Part shown: positions 24,438 through 25,146 of the stretch, in pieces | Layout: each line of letters starts with the position of its first letter | Position numbering within the stretch: position 1 is the first letter of the stretch | DNA from: Verrucomicrobiota bacterium | GTDB taxonomy: Bacteria > Verrucomicrobiota > Verrucomicrobiia > Limisphaerales > CANJXF01 | Length of the DNA: 25,146 nt | Assembly (NCBI GenBank): GCA_038214755.1 | Contig: JBBQRQ010000077.1 | Coordinates: 1 to 25,146, forward strand | Direction of reading: 5' to 3' | Translations under genes and position numbers: made by a program | Notes under the pieces: model-generated | The model's input: only the letters and a program-made list of their open reading frames with translations | Database searches by the model: none | What the model was told of the DNA's origin: nothing

Positions 24438-25146
24438 ATGGAACACATTCGGAACATCGCAATTATCGCCCACGTCGATCACGGCAAGACCACCCTCGTC
24501 GATTGTCTTTTGAAACAGTCCGGCACCTATCGCGCCAACCAGCACGAATCGCAGGAGGAACGCCTGATGGATTCGATGGATTTGGAAAAAGAAAAGGGCA
24601 TCACCATTCGCGCCAAGAACGCCGCGTTCAAATATAAAGATTTTCATATCAATATCGTCGATACTCCAGGCCACGCGGATTTCGGCGGCGAAGTGGAACG
24701 CATTTTGAACATGATTGACGGCGTGTTGCTCGTCGTGGATTCCGTCGATGGTCCGCAGGCGCAAACCCGTTTCGTTCTGCGCAAAGCGCTCGAAGCTGGC
24801 GCGAAACCCATCGTCGTCATCAACAAGATTGATCGCGAGAATGCACGGCCGCACAAAGTTTTGGATGAAGTTTTCGAATTGTTCATGGCGCTGCATGCGA
24901 CCGATGAGCAGCTTGATTTTCCCGTGGTTTATTGCAGCGCCAAAGGCGGCTACGCCAAGCTCGATATCAAAGAAGAGACCACGACGATGGAGCCGCTTTT
25001 TAAATCGATCATTAAAAATATACCCCCGCCGCGCGCCCACGCCGGCACCGATTTGAAGGTGCTCGTCGCCAATCTGGATTACTCGGATTACCTCGGGCGA
25101 GTTGCCTTTGGGAAAATTCTTTGCGGAAAAATCAAAGTGGGGGATT
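24438..25146 (+). CDS. typA: Translational GTPase TypA/BipA (5' part; runs off the window)
   Basis: [22 protein letters not shown]...[17 protein letters not shown]...[17 protein letters not shown]...INKIDR. Absent from the ORF track because there is no stop in the window. Confidence 0.96.
   Translation, partial: MEHIRNIAIIAHVDHGKTTLVDCLLKQSGTYRANQHESQEERLMDSMDLEKEKGITIRAKNAAFKYKDFHINIVDTPGHADFGGEVERILNMIDGVLLVVDSVDGPQAQTRFVLRKALEAGAKPIVVINKIDRENARPHKVLDEVFELFMALHATDEQLDFPVVYCSAKGGYAKLDIKEETTTMEPLFKSIIKNIPPPRAHAGTDLKVLVANLDYSDYLGRVAFGKILCGKIKVGD

Overview
Bacterial chromosomal window, most likely from Verrucomicrobiota (Pedosphaera/Limisphaerales-like); this is inferred from protein styles and repeat families. 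It is mostly housekeeping and envelope genes: a frameshifted UbiD-family decarboxylase, a PQQ-type beta-propeller protein, tRNA-Asp, tolQRAB-pal, tatA-tatA/B-tatC, a Na+/H+ antiporter-like protein, waaA, glycosyltransferases, a ChbG-like deacetylase, alaS, a MenAT1-like toxin-antitoxin pair, DUF2752/TM2 membrane genes and the 5' part of typA. About a dozen non-autonomous palindromic elements (REP/MITE-like) and heptamer arrays are layered on top, and several sit inside genes. Two are in-frame insertions (beta-propeller gene, alaS), a (CTCTCAA)3 tract puts ubiD out of frame, and a MITE replaces the core of an epimerase gene. Other highlights are a promoter-driven ~75-nt structured RNA that displays an anti-Shine-Dalgarno sequence, a 141-aa low-GC segment inside AlaS next to its tRNA-identity motif, and a putative tRNA-targeting nucleotidyltransferase toxin 3' of alaS. 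All family assignments come from motif recognition by eye; no searches were run.
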